64,000 nt of DNA from Methanobacteriota archaeon (GCA_018650285.1 JABIGF010000001.1:34072-98071); one strand, 5' to 3'; positions 10,601 through 20,291 are shown, counted from the stretch's first letter. Notes: a model not told the origin generated them from the letters alone. Numbers and translations are program-made.

Positions 10601-12671
10601 TCTCAAAATGCTAGAAGAAACATTAGATTATTCTGATTTACTTCTTGCATATCCTAATCAAGTTGACCGACAGTATGCTGAGCAATTTTTGGCATTAATT
10701 AGGTCCCAAATGGCAGAAGCAGGCGGCGATGTAGTTCTACTTGCAGAGAGAATAAAACGCCTTTCATCAGTGAATGGAAAATTGCTTCCAGGAGAAGCGA
10801 TGCCGCCTTCAAATGCAGTAAGAGTGATGACGATTCATGCTTCAAAAGGTCTGCAATCAAAAGTAGTCGTTGTATGTGGTCTATTTTCAGAAAATCAGAG
10901 TAACCTTGGCCAATCTCTTCGTTCAAACATATTAGTATCTCAACAGATGTTTTCTCCACGAGCGAAACCTTGGAAGAGTAGAGATGCAATTGATAGTGGA
11001 AGTTGGAGGCTATCTACTGAAGTATTGACGTCACAAGTCCAAGCGGAGGCTCGTCGTTTGTTCTATGTTGCTTGTACTAGAGTCAAAGATAAATTGATAC
11101 TTGCGGGGGCTCCTAAGAATTGCAAAATCAACTCTACTTTGGGCGAGATTGAAATCCCTTGGAAATATAAGCCCACACCGCGATTTGGTTGGATGTGGTT
11201 AGAAGCAATTCGCCAGGCTGCTCGAAGAGATGGCCTATTGGAAGCGCCTTGGTTGATTGGAGATGACAGCGATTTGCCAGCACCACTTCCTTTCCGTTCA
11301 AAAGGTACCTTGACCATCTTACCAAATCAAATGATGACTAACCCATCTCTTGCTCCTGGGTTGTTGAATAGTTTGTCTATTTTCCACCATCCAGATTATA
11401 TTCTTCCTTCTCGTGAAATCACCTCACCTTTAGTAAAGTACACCCGTCTACAAGGGAGTGCGAGATTGCCAATTGTCAATGATACAGAATCTCTTTCACT
11501 ACGAAAAGCAAGTCGTAAAATTCGTATTGCTCCTCACATGTTAGATTCGGCGAATAGTTGCATACGTCGACATTGGTTAAAGCAATATGTTGGGATATCA
11601 AGTGAAGCAATTAATCTTCCATTAATCCAACAAAATGAGGGTGAAAATTCTGAAGGAGATTTTGATGAGCCAATTGGTCCAGCAGCGAATGTTCTGGGTT
11701 CACTTTTCCACCGACTTGTTGAACTTGGTATACCAAATCCCGGTGTTGAAAATGGTAAAGCATCAACTCCACTTTCAAGTCAATGGTTTACTCCAACACC
11801 TAACCGTATGTTAGACCAGTCTCTAATTTTCCAAGTGCTGGACGAATTATTGCCTGCAACAGTAGATAGAGATATTACAGCAAAAATGCTACAACGAATG
11901 GCTGAAATATTCATTGAAGGCAAACTTGGTAAACTTGTGAAAGGTGATGCAATTGAAGGCCTTCATGTAGAGGCATTGAGAACCGAATGGCCATTCTTAA
12001 TCAATATCAAGAAGCCCCTTTCAAGCACCTATTCAACTCGTTGGACACCCCAAAAGCAAGAGATTGTAGAAGAGATAGAATCTCTAACATTTGAGTTAGA
12101 TGGTATTGCCGATTTGGTGTTGTGTCAAACCGATGGTAAGTCAAGAAATACGATAAGAGCAATTGACCTAAAAACGACGGGAGCAATGTCTATTCTGAAT
12201 CCTCCTCAGAAGACAGAAGGTACAATTTACGAAATCCCATCAAATCCTGATGATGAAATAATTAGAACAGATGCAGAAGTCGAATTATTGAATCATTATC
12301 GAATCCAACTCTATCTTTACCATCTTTGTCTTGTTAGGCAAGAGAGAATGAGGGCTGAGAGTGGAATCGGTGAAAGAGAAGTTCTACGGCCAGCGATCCT
12401 AGTTGCTACAACTGGCCGATTGATATCTTGGACAGAAGAAGAATTTGCTGTAATTGAAGAAGAATTCAATCAATTAATCAAACAACTGGCAGAAGTGGAG
12501 ATTGAACTTCGTGGTGATGAATCTAATTTCCCAAGAATGCCGATTGAAAACAAAGATATTTGTGATAAATGTCCATATTTCCAAGGAAACATCAAGTTAT
12601 GTGCTCCTCAAGGTATAGCACTTGGAATGGCTCAACAGGGCGAATCTGAAGAAAATGGATTTAAGATTTGA
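7689..12671 (+). CDS. addA: AddA-like SF1 (UvrD/REP) helicase with C-terminal RecB-family nuclease
   Basis: AGAGTGKT, LTFTVKAA, TIDSF, DEAQD, VGDQKQSIYGFR, NYRT, TIHASKGL, RLFYVACTR; nuclease GIADLV, IDLKT, QLYLY. Confidence 0.85.
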   Translation: MDLNRGQTLGLNLDMHIVLDAGAGTGKTACIVQRVLEHYLSEDQRATRLLPPGPREVDFGGGFLQTPAKDRENLRQWRGLLPTEVVVLTFTVKAADEMRDRMRSELARLRAGPRGVRNGLRYDPRIRNEGLIEQLTMLLDEAPIGTIDSFLNRLVSSYRSLLGDRPTHEQMSDAQRALLMERALSSLWRIRSEKHAGDLRIMSVSPADFLAARNRLSHQLGGRSRTQKIVSQLLHNSIFVDTVRRSLESHSGRVDAEAIRASFLSHLRADEIHDFALELFSICDDWLNAAKQRSEELGLPAALLSDTRVNALDTLVDNGIPDDLWDKLLWVYHATLAICSKSSIENIVPSSFPRGLLPNTDGWASGVQKLSSIKDKDVRAAVKEAMEDSQNRSKILFGTIRGMRIRSCAMISNLLDPRLGPPCCPTDSAVHVVRLSDPFPSYIDDEPVSLEAETDARIIADLLIVHKAAEDVLTELRLQEGLHDHSDVTQAAEDLLLARCPRICTRWYPPDITAALNAIDDEQPWRDEHIHAAISLCGNPDDGEIARHHVDYPMKLVKEDLERRYVILKTLRRRFRAFIIDEAQDNSNQQWRLLSRLWGEREEKEGDPEPPNSPWQPTVCWVGDQKQSIYGFRQAQVSGMARYTVHLRAINEHEYASEPRLLLKPALRRRDAARDPRLLEIKNFITGLDYVNHRPIPEEAWVEFDRGDDDRRLDQSDVIRRTQGHVDLVTNYRTCNDLLQTMNEWWVDLFDPRHHLFPGDWYAYAKGLRAHRIEESGQLEWLLPIATGETSNPPSDLTIPLDPFSLGSAAKQVHLEHELVATRIRSLIDGVPASVLSSELESTIVPSSDNIEPRDIMILMPSRTHMQDLIRRLDDLGIPALADQEGGLLEQPIVMALSALLQLTARRFDVSRAATLTRTPLVGFNDIELEKYIADKDGPQDLLERLQDHAISKPQRELFCRWKQLADCNRILKMLEETLDYSDLLLAYPNQVDRQYAEQFLALIRSQMAEAGGDVVLLAERIKRLSSVNGKLLPGEAMPPSNAVRVMTIHASKGLQSKVVVVCGLFSENQSNLGQSLRSNILVSQQMFSPRAKPWKSRDAIDSGSWRLSTEVLTSQVQAEARRLFYVACTRVKDKLILAGAPKNCKINSTLGEIEIPWKYKPTPRFGWMWLEAIRQAARRDGLLEAPWLIGDDSDLPAPLPFRSKGTLTILPNQMMTNPSLAPGLLNSLSIFHHPDYILPSREITSPLVKYTRLQGSARLPIVNDTESLSLRKASRKIRIAPHMLDSANSCIRRHWLKQYVGISSEAINLPLIQQNEGENSEGDFDEPIGPAANVLGSLFHRLVELGIPNPGVENGKASTPLSSQWFTPTPNRMLDQSLIFQVLDELLPATVDRDITAKMLQRMAEIFIEGKLGKLVKGDAIEGLHVEALRTEWPFLINIKKPLSSTYSTRWTPQKQEIVEEIESLTFELDGIADLVLCQTDGKSRNTIRAIDLKTTGAMSILNPPQKTEGTIYEIPSNPDDEIIRTDAEVELLNHYRIQLYLYHLCLVRQERMRAESGIGEREVLRPAILVATTGRLISWTEEEFAVIEEEFNQLIKQLAEVEIELRGDESNFPRMPIENKDICDKCPYFQGNIKLCAPQGIALGMAQQGESEENGFKI

Positions 12672-12708
12672 CCGGAGATTCAATGTCTAATACCCTTTGG
12701 CGGAAGGT

Positions 12709-14133
12709 ATGACAGCAACCGATGCGATTGATTGGCAGAGCATGGCAGAATTTACAGAATCGTATTGGGAGAACTCAGCGCTTCCAAGTCTTTCAGAATA
12801 CATCAAGATTCCAGCCCTATCTCCAGCATTTGATGTTGAATGGGAAAACAATGGCCACCTAGACGCAACAATTGACCATTTTCTTGGCTGGCTTGCTACT
12901 ATTGAAATCAAAGGATTAACAGCCTCAGTTCACAAAATTGTGGGCAGAACTCCACTACTTCTTCTCAAAGTTGAAGGCAGTGGAAAAGGAAATGTTCTAT
13001 TTTATTCACATCTCGACAAACAGCCAGAATTTACAGGTTGGGACGAAGGAAAGGGGCCTTGGCTTCCTGTTAGAGAAGACCCATGGTTGTATGGCCGAGG
13101 TTCGGTTGACGACGGGTATGGGGGATATTGCAGCCTCATTTCTCTCATGGCACTACAGGCCCAAGGAATCGCACATCCTTCTTGCACATTCATTCTTGAG
13201 ACATGTGAAGAGAGTGGTTCACCTGACCTTCCATTCTATCTTGAAGAGCTGACCGATGAACTAGGGATTCCTGATATGGTTGTCGTACTTGATTCTGGTT
13301 TGGGCGATTATGAACGCGTTTGGGTTACCGAAAGTTTGCGTGGTTTAGTAGGTGGAACATTGACAGTTGCGGTAACTTCTGAAGGTGTCCATTCTGGTAT
13401 GTCAAGTGGAATAATCCCATCATCATTTAGAATTGCACGGCAGATACTTTCCCGCCTTGAAGATGAGAACACTGGTGAAATATTACCTGATTGGTTGCAC
13501 ATTGATATCACTGATCAATTGCGTGCAGATTCAGCAGCGATTGTTGAGGTTTTGGGCGATGCTCTCATCACAGATTTCCCCTTCTTGGAAGGTGTCCAAT
13601 CGCAGCACGAAGACCTTGTTGAAGCATTGTTGGCTCAAAATTGGAGGCCGACACTATCTATCACTGGGGCTGATGGAATACCTGCGATTGCGAATGCGGG
13701 AAATGTTCTTCGAACACATACAACTTTGAAATTAAGTGTTCGAATTCCCCCAGGTGTTGATGCAGAATCGGCCTCTGAAAAATTGCAAGATTTGTTGCAA
13801 TCAAATCCACCACTTGGAGCGCATGTAACTTTCAAGCCTGAAGCGGCTGCTAACGGATTTGCAGCACCACCAATGCCAGCAAACATTGATGCTGCTTTTG
13901 ATGAAGCAAGTAAGAAGACATTCGGTGCAGGTTCAATGCCATTTTACGAAGGCGGAACCATTCCATTCCTTGCGATGATGCAGGAATCATATCCAAAAGC
14001 GTCCTTTTTGGTTACAGGTTGTGCGGGCCCAGGGAACAATGCACATGGTCCGAATGAAAAATTGCATATTCCAACTTTAAAGTCATTAACTCAATGCGTA
14101 GCAGCCGCTTTAGCATCAATGTCTTATGGGTGA
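12709..14133 (+). CDS. M20/M25/M40 family metallopeptidase
   Basis: HLDKQP, YGRGSVDD, EESGS, HSG, AHGPNE motifs. Confidence 0.9.
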   Translation: MTATDAIDWQSMAEFTESYWENSALPSLSEYIKIPALSPAFDVEWENNGHLDATIDHFLGWLATIEIKGLTASVHKIVGRTPLLLLKVEGSGKGNVLFYSHLDKQPEFTGWDEGKGPWLPVREDPWLYGRGSVDDGYGGYCSLISLMALQAQGIAHPSCTFILETCEESGSPDLPFYLEELTDELGIPDMVVVLDSGLGDYERVWVTESLRGLVGGTLTVAVTSEGVHSGMSSGIIPSSFRIARQILSRLEDENTGEILPDWLHIDITDQLRADSAAIVEVLGDALITDFPFLEGVQSQHEDLVEALLAQNWRPTLSITGADGIPAIANAGNVLRTHTTLKLSVRIPPGVDAESASEKLQDLLQSNPPLGAHVTFKPEAAANGFAAPPMPANIDAAFDEASKKTFGAGSMPFYEGGTIPFLAMMQESYPKASFLVTGCAGPGNNAHGPNEKLHIPTLKSLTQCVAAALASMSYG

Positions 14134-14300
14134 TATTTGATAGAAATTATTCATTTCTGTTGAAATTATTGCAATTCTTAGGAATAGCATTGAATTAAGT
14201 AAATTGAGTTAATTTACAACTTTCAGACTAGACTTTGACTCGCCCCTACGGGGCGGCGGCTATATCAAGGGCAAGCGAGTGGGCTTGGCAAGTGGTTAGT

Positions 14301-14954
14301 ATGTCAGGAGACGATGAAGGCACAATTACTCCCGAAGTTCGCATCCGTCAAATGGAGGAGGAACTATCTCAGCAGACAGAGCGTGTAACTAAGTTGTACA
14401 GCGCTTTTGAGCAATCAGAGAAGGAAATAGTTCAACTCAAAGCAGAGATTGAAGTTCTTGAAAAAGAGGTAATTGACAAGGAAATTGAGCGGGAAGGGCT
14501 TGAGCAACTTCTAGGTGAGAAAGACCACCGCATTCGTGATTTGGAATTAACTGGTGCAAAGAAGGGCAAGCAAGTAGACCATCTTGAACCAGAACTTGAG
14601 AAGATGGAAGAAAAATTCACTCGTGAAAAAGAGCGTTTAACTCGTGTTTTTGAAATTGCTGAAGAGTTGGATAATGACCTTCGTTTAGCAGTTGCAGAAC
14701 TCAAGGCTCGTGACGATTGGTATGTTGACCACATGCGTGTTTTCGAAGACCTAAACAAGGCTATCAAGAGCCGTTACGAAATGATTGAGAATGCAGTAGA
14801 AGCAGAACGTAAGAGTCAGCACATGCAGCGAGCCATTAACGAAAAGTTAGCTGAAGCGATGGAAGCACGTTCTCAAGAAGCAGATGAAAATACTGCAGCA
14901 GAGAAAACCGCTGCTGAAGTTGAGTCAGCAGTTGAAGTTTCAGAAGAGGAATAA
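14301..14954 (+). CDS. Coiled-coil protein of unknown function
   Basis: E/K/L-rich heptad pattern throughout; acidic tail. Confidence 0.7.
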   Translation: MSGDDEGTITPEVRIRQMEEELSQQTERVTKLYSAFEQSEKEIVQLKAEIEVLEKEVIDKEIEREGLEQLLGEKDHRIRDLELTGAKKGKQVDHLEPELEKMEEKFTREKERLTRVFEIAEELDNDLRLAVAELKARDDWYVDHMRVFEDLNKAIKSRYEMIENAVEAERKSQHMQRAINEKLAEAMEARSQEADENTAAEKTAAEVESAVEVSEEE

Positions 14955-14960
14955 CCCTTT

Positions 14961-16088
14961 TTGGAGGGTTTATTTTTGGATTCAACAGAGGAAGAAGAAG
15001 TTGCATCCCCTCAAGTTGACGAAGAAATTGAAGAAGTTATTGAAGAAGTTATTGAAGAAATAGATAATTCTCCTCAAGTAGAAGCGTCAGAAAAGCGTAA
15101 ATTTGTTATGTCAAAAAGACGCAAAATAATGGTTGCCGTTGGTGCCATTTTGTTACTATTACCTCTTGCTGCCTATCTTGCAATTGGTTGGCAAATCTAT
15201 GTGACTTTAGCCCATGCAGACCCAGGGTATGGGGACCAAGAAGGAAATAATCCTGCTCAGTTTAACGTTACTTGGGATGAGCATGTTGCCCTAGACACAT
15301 CCATCTATTTCATGGATAATTATGAGGACATCAATATTTCAAGTCGGACCGAAGGCATCACACTTTCTGGATGGTGGGTAGAAGTAGAGAATGCCACTCA
15401 ACCAGCACCCACGGTTATCATACAGCACGGCATTCGCTCATCAAAAGCAAGTTATCAGACGTTGATGGTTGCGGGAATGTTGAATCGCAATGGATTCAAT
15501 GTAGTGATGATTGATTTACGAGACCATGGGATGAGTACTGTTGAAGATGGCCGAGTAAGTATCGGTACCAAGGAATATATTGACGTAATGTCGCTTGTTG
15601 ATTGGTTGATTGAGAACAAATCAATTCCAGAAGAAAAAATTGGCATGGTGGGGAATTCAATGGGTGCAGGAACAGCAGCAATTTCATTTGGACAAGACAC
15701 TAGAATCCAAGCAGTAGTTCTTGATTCGGGATATCTTAACTTGGATGTAATCGTTAAAGAAGAATTAGAACGGGAAAGTTACCCGCCGTGGCTTTTCAAC
15801 GGCGCCCTTTTTTCAGCATGGCTATTTGGTGGCGAGAGTCTACTTGACCCATCTCCTACAAGTGCCTTTGAAAATGCAGGACAGCGCTCTATTTTCATAA
15901 TTCATGGCACCGCCGATGATAGAGTGGATTCCCACCACTCTGAAGATATGATTTCATTAGCCGAAGATCTCGATGTGAATGCGTCATCTTGGTTTGTAGA
16001 AGATGCTGGCCATGTTGAAGTAAAACTCCTTCATGCAGAAGAATACGAGCAACGGTTAGTTGATTTTTTCACAGCAACTATTGTTTAG
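14961..16088 (+). CDS. Membrane-anchored alpha/beta hydrolase
   Basis: TM helix; HG, GNSMG nucleophile elbow, HGTADDRV, GH. Start uncertain. Confidence 0.85.
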   Translation: MEGLFLDSTEEEEVASPQVDEEIEEVIEEVIEEIDNSPQVEASEKRKFVMSKRRKIMVAVGAILLLLPLAAYLAIGWQIYVTLAHADPGYGDQEGNNPAQFNVTWDEHVALDTSIYFMDNYEDINISSRTEGITLSGWWVEVENATQPAPTVIIQHGIRSSKASYQTLMVAGMLNRNGFNVVMIDLRDHGMSTVEDGRVSIGTKEYIDVMSLVDWLIENKSIPEEKIGMVGNSMGAGTAAISFGQDTRIQAVVLDSGYLNLDVIVKEELERESYPPWLFNGALFSAWLFGGESLLDPSPTSAFENAGQRSIFIIHGTADDRVDSHHSEDMISLAEDLDVNASSWFVEDAGHVEVKLLHAEEYEQRLVDFFTATIV

Positions 16089-16099
16089 TTCAATGATGA

Positions 16100-16828
16100 T
16101 TACTCCGGCTTTGAGCCGTCAGCAAGTCGAATACATTGAGCAGGAACTCCGCCCCAAATTTCACCTGCAGGAATTTCAGAATATTTTGTTAGCACCGCAT
16201 TGCCAGCAAGTATCGCCCCATCACCAATTACACATCCTGGCATAATAAGTGAATTAGCACCAATTACGCAACCTTTGCCTATTATTATTGGTGAAAGAAC
16301 CAACTCATCCTTTTCTACAATATGACCGTTTATTTCGGCACTTCCTCCGATAATAGTTTCTTCACCTATTGAAACCATGAAACAGTCATTCACATTTGTT
16401 GAATTAAGTTGCGCCCCACTACCAATTTTGCACCCCATCATTGAGTAGTATACATTGGCAATCCAAGAGGGAATCACCTGTGCCAAAAACGGTTTTGCTA
16501 ACCGGTGAAGAAGTGAAAAAAAGGCCCAACGGATTGTAATCGCCGATTTCAAGGGGACTCTAGCGTCAGGGAGACGAGGTCTGACGATAATACCAAAACT
16601 TCCAATGATTAAGAAAGTGAAGATGCCCCATAAGAGGTAAGCAACCCCGCCCCCTAGTCCAAGAATAATAGCGCGAATCCAAAGTTCTAAACTTGCAGTA
16701 TCTTCAACTAAATAGAGGAGAAAAGCGGCCCCCGGTGCAGCAGCAAGGCCCCAAATTGTGATACACATTACAATAGCAAGAGTAGAGAGTAGATGTTGTA
16801 CAAATGCAAAATTCTTCATATTTCCCAC
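16100..16828 (-). CDS. Membrane hexapeptide-repeat (left-handed beta-helix) acyltransferase-like protein
   Basis: Two TM helices, then MGCKIG, IIIGKGCVIGANSLIMPGCVIGDGA, WGGVPA. Confidence 0.8.
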   Translation of the reverse strand: MGNMKNFAFVQHLLSTLAIVMCITIWGLAAAPGAAFLLYLVEDTASLELWIRAIILGLGGGVAYLLWGIFTFLIIGSFGIIVRPRLPDARVPLKSAITIRWAFFSLLHRLAKPFLAQVIPSWIANVYYSMMGCKIGSGAQLNSTNVNDCFMVSIGEETIIGGSAEINGHIVEKDELVLSPIIIGKGCVIGANSLIMPGCVIGDGAILAGNAVLTKYSEIPAGEIWGGVPAQCIRLADGSKPE

Positions 16829-16934
16829 CTCAATAGTTGGATATAATTGTGGCGAGGTGGGACCTGATTGTTATCAATGTCGCGCCAGAATATTTTCCCT
16901 AAAATATCGTTTTGATATAGCGGGGGATTCATCA

Positions 16935-18101
16935 ATGGGTGGCGAGCCGCATGAGATGAGAATCGTGACTAAGGACCCAACATCTTGCAGCGCTGGAATC
17001 ATTTCTAGCGGAAGCAAGGCCGTAAAGATTCATCATCTAATCAAGGCGCCTGAAAATAATCCTGGCTCAATTCGTAAGCGCGAATCTTGGGATGCTAATG
17101 AGTTAGCTACTGTTTTCCAATCCCCTGAAAGGCTTCCAGATGGCACATTTTGTGAAGCAACAACTGTGATTTTTAGAACACGTGGTTGCGTCTGGTGGTG
17201 GAATTCAGGTTGCACTTTCTGTGGCTACTTCAACGATGTAAGAGACGATGTTACTGTTGACAACCTGATGGCACAATGGCAGGCTGCTAAAGACCAAACA
17301 AACAATTTTGAAGGTTCGGAAGTAATCAAAGTCTACACATCTGGGACATTTTTTGAGGACCGTGAAAATCCTCCTGAGTGGCAAGAGCATATTTTACGAG
17401 AAACGCACGAGCGAGGCCTTCGTTTGATAGTTGAAGCAAGAGCAGAAATGTGTACGCCTGAAAAGATGGCTTGGGTAGCAGAACGCCATCCTGGATGTGT
17501 CATTGCAATTGGCTTAGAAGCGTATGATGACGAGGTTCTGAAGTTTCATTGCAACAAAGGTTTCTCAATAAAACAGTGGAACCGAGCGGTTGAGGTATTA
17601 CGTGAAAACAAGTTAGAAGTCAAAACCTATCTTTTGTTCAAACCGCCTTTCATGTCTGAGAGTGATTCTTTGACACATTGCATTGAGTGGATCCGTAAGG
17701 TTGGACCACTTTCTGATGAAGTGAGCGTCAATCCGATGAATATCCAACGAAATACGATTGTTGACAGGTTATTCCGTCACCGTGAGTATCGGCCTCCATG
17801 GTTGTGGTCTTTAGTTGAAATGATACGCCTAGTGCATGATGTGCCCGGCCGATTGATAGTTCATCCAACCGCTGCTGGGCGGATACGTGGGGCGCATAAT
17901 TGCGGCAAATGTGACAAGCACGTTGCTGCAGCAATTGAGCGATATTCAGTTTCTGCCGATTTGCGAGAATTTGATGGAATCACTTGTGATTGTGAGAAAA
18001 TCTGGGCTTCTGAAATCGAATTAGATTCCTCAATTCCAGTTCCACTTGGAATCGGAATAGATCGCCGTTTGCCTCCTGAAGATTCGCTAATGTCTCCTTA
18101 A
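16935..18101 (+). CDS. Archaeosine biosynthesis radical SAM protein (RaSEA-like)
   Basis: RTRGCVWWWNSGCTFCGY (CX6CX2C), KVYTSG, YLLFKPPF, YRPPWLWS, RGAHNCGKCD. Confidence 0.85.
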   Translation: MGGEPHEMRIVTKDPTSCSAGIISSGSKAVKIHHLIKAPENNPGSIRKRESWDANELATVFQSPERLPDGTFCEATTVIFRTRGCVWWWNSGCTFCGYFNDVRDDVTVDNLMAQWQAAKDQTNNFEGSEVIKVYTSGTFFEDRENPPEWQEHILRETHERGLRLIVEARAEMCTPEKMAWVAERHPGCVIAIGLEAYDDEVLKFHCNKGFSIKQWNRAVEVLRENKLEVKTYLLFKPPFMSESDSLTHCIEWIRKVGPLSDEVSVNPMNIQRNTIVDRLFRHREYRPPWLWSLVEMIRLVHDVPGRLIVHPTAAGRIRGAHNCGKCDKHVAAAIERYSVSADLREFDGITCDCEKIWASEIELDSSIPVPLGIGIDRRLPPEDSLMSP

Positions 18102-18179
18102 TTTTGCATCATGGCTTCGCCCAATGCTTAAGGACAACTTTCATTTCGGGAAGATTGCCTATAGGCAATCTGTGGTGAA

Positions 18180-18446
18180 GTGATGAGTGAACTACCTGAA
18201 ATGGTGCAAGGTGATGGAGAACCTGGGGCATCAACAACTGTTTGGACATTGAGTATAGTGGGTGCCTTAGCATTCATGATATTATACGGCGTTTTGTACC
18301 CTGGAAGCCCTTTCCCAGGCTTAGGAGATATTATTCCTCTATTCAGTGAACTTGGCAATAGTCTTGTTTGGTTCTTTATCGCAGGAATTATTCTTGGTAT
18401 GGGGATGTTAGTGGTTATGCTTGTTGGGGAGTCCATTGCGGAGTGA
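18180..18446 (+). CDS. Small two-TM membrane protein
   Basis: Two hydrophobic segments; its stop overlaps the GAGGTGA SD of the next gene. Confidence 0.65.
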   Translation: MMSELPEMVQGDGEPGASTTVWTLSIVGALAFMILYGVLYPGSPFPGLGDIIPLFSELGNSLVWFFIAGIILGMGMLVVMLVGESIAE

Positions 18447-18455
18447 GGTGATATT

Positions 18456-20291
18456 ATGGAAATTAGAACACTATTCATTACATACATTCTCTGGTTACTA
18501 ATTGTCAGATTCATGACTGCACGTGGACTTGGCCCATTTGGCTCATTTGCTCGTGATTTGTCAGGTTTCATGCTTGGAAAGGGACTTGGTCCAGCAGCTG
18601 ATTTGATGGAAGACAAAGATGGAGGGGCAGCAAAGACTTGGTTTGCTCACGGTATCTTTTGGTTCATAATCGCAGCAACTCTTTCATTCCTTGGAATGTG
18701 GACAGCATACGAGCCCACAGCATTGGATTCGCTTAGTGCGATTGGATATTCACCAACAGAAGCACAATCTATTGCTGCAGTTCACGTCGTTACCGCTTTT
18801 GGTGCACTTTCAATGGTGCTGATGGCTGGTGGCTTTGCAGTTCAGAGTAAATTATCCAACGGTCGCATGGCTAACGAATCAACGACAGCCCTGCTAGCAT
18901 TTGTTTGGAGCGCAGTGGTGGGAGCAGGATTGATTCTTGCTCACACTGATTTAATCGGAACAAGTCTATGGTTTGAATTACCTCCAATTTACTACATGTT
19001 GCTTTCATTGTTAGCACTGCCTCTGTTCGCTAATCATCTATTGACGATGGCTCGTTCTAACTCGGTTGTTATGATCCCACAATGGTTCATTGTCATGGGA
19101 TATGCAGCATTTATCTGGTTAGGATTCCAATCAATGTTCCTTCTAGGTGGCGAAAACCACACACTATCGTGGCTACTCGTCAAGGTATTGTTTGGTGGAT
19201 GGTTGTTCTCACAAGCATTGGGTATTGCTCACCATGTAATACCAGCAAAACTTGGAACTCCTCTTTGGAGCCGTTCATTAGCCAATCTTGCACTACTAGG
19301 GACATTCTTGACCTTCTCTCCACTTGGGGCAGAAGCGACAGTCCCTGAAGCAGGTGACTTCCAAAGAGCGGTTGTAGCAATTCTATTATCACTCTCTTTG
19401 CTACCTATTATTGCAACAGTTGTTAATCTAACAAAGACTGCTAGTGGGCGTGCAATGGAATCGTATGGCGTCAAGTTCACACTAGTTGGTACCATTTTGC
19501 TTGTACCGATTGCACTTGGAAGCATGTTTGCATCAGTATCAGCATTTGGTGGCGGTAATGAGTTAGCACATATTTCTAGCACATTTGATATGATGGCTAT
19601 GTGGGGTGTTATCGGAATGATCGCTCTAGGTGGCGTCCACCTTCTTTTCCCTGAAGTTAGTGGTAGAGAATTGTTTAGCAGTTGCAAGACCAAATTGACT
19701 TTTTGGTTTGCAACAATTGGTATAATTGGATTTAGTTCAGCGCAATTAATTGCTGACTATGTCAATAATTCAATCAACGCACCTGATGTTGTATTGGCGT
19801 TAGAAGATGCTGGTGTTTCAGCAACTGGTGCAGGAGATGTACAAATATTTGCAGCAATGATGTTCTATGGGGTTGCTCTTGCAGGTATTTTTGCAGCACA
19901 AAATATGCTACAAGGTTCATTCCGTGGCAATCTCTTCTCAGATGCTGCGCCATCAGTGGATAGTGTACCTAGTCAAATGGACATTAGTGGAACAACATCG
20001 ATTCGCAGCCTACTTGCAGCAGGCGCAGGCGCTGATACAATTCTAACAGTTGAGAGTGGTTCATCCGTTGGCCGAATTTCATTAGCAGACATTACCCCAA
20101 CAGAAGAACCTGAAGAGGTTGAAGAAGTTGCAGAGACGGTTGAAGAACAAGTAGAAGAAGAGGCTGTAGAAATCCCTGCAAACCTTTCATCATTGTTGAA
20201 GGTTGAACTTGTTAACCTAGCAAACGACTTGGGTATTTCGTCAAAAGGAACAAAAGCGGCCCTCATTGAACGAATCAATTCAGTGAACTGA
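18456..20291 (+). CDS. Degenerate cbb3-type oxidase subunit I (CcoN)-like membrane protein with C-terminal SAP domain
   Basis: About 12 TM helices; HHVIPAKLGTPLWS and HLLFPEVSGRELFS...FWFATIG echo CcoN; LKVELVNLANDLGISSKGTKAALIERI is SAP-like. Confidence 0.7.
   Translation: MEIRTLFITYILWLLIVRFMTARGLGPFGSFARDLSGFMLGKGLGPAADLMEDKDGGAAKTWFAHGIFWFIIAATLSFLGMWTAYEPTALDSLSAIGYSPTEAQSIAAVHVVTAFGALSMVLMAGGFAVQSKLSNGRMANESTTALLAFVWSAVVGAGLILAHTDLIGTSLWFELPPIYYMLLSLLALPLFANHLLTMARSNSVVMIPQWFIVMGYAAFIWLGFQSMFLLGGENHTLSWLLVKVLFGGWLFSQALGIAHHVIPAKLGTPLWSRSLANLALLGTFLTFSPLGAEATVPEAGDFQRAVVAILLSLSLLPIIATVVNLTKTASGRAMESYGVKFTLVGTILLVPIALGSMFASVSAFGGGNELAHISSTFDMMAMWGVIGMIALGGVHLLFPEVSGRELFSSCKTKLTFWFATIGIIGFSSAQLIADYVNNSINAPDVVLALEDAGVSATGAGDVQIFAAMMFYGVALAGIFAAQNMLQGSFRGNLFSDAAPSVDSVPSQMDISGTTSIRSLLAAGAGADTILTVESGSSVGRISLADITPTEEPEEVEEVAETVEEQVEEEAVEIPANLSSLLKVELVNLANDLGISSKGTKAALIERINSVN

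Noticed and set aside
15027-15060. 12-bp repeat ATTGAAGAAGTT
   Set aside because: Low-complexity acidic linker (IEEV); no further significance evident.
18456-20291. Functional cbb3 cytochrome c oxidase
   Set aside because: His ligands are absent and there are no partner subunits.
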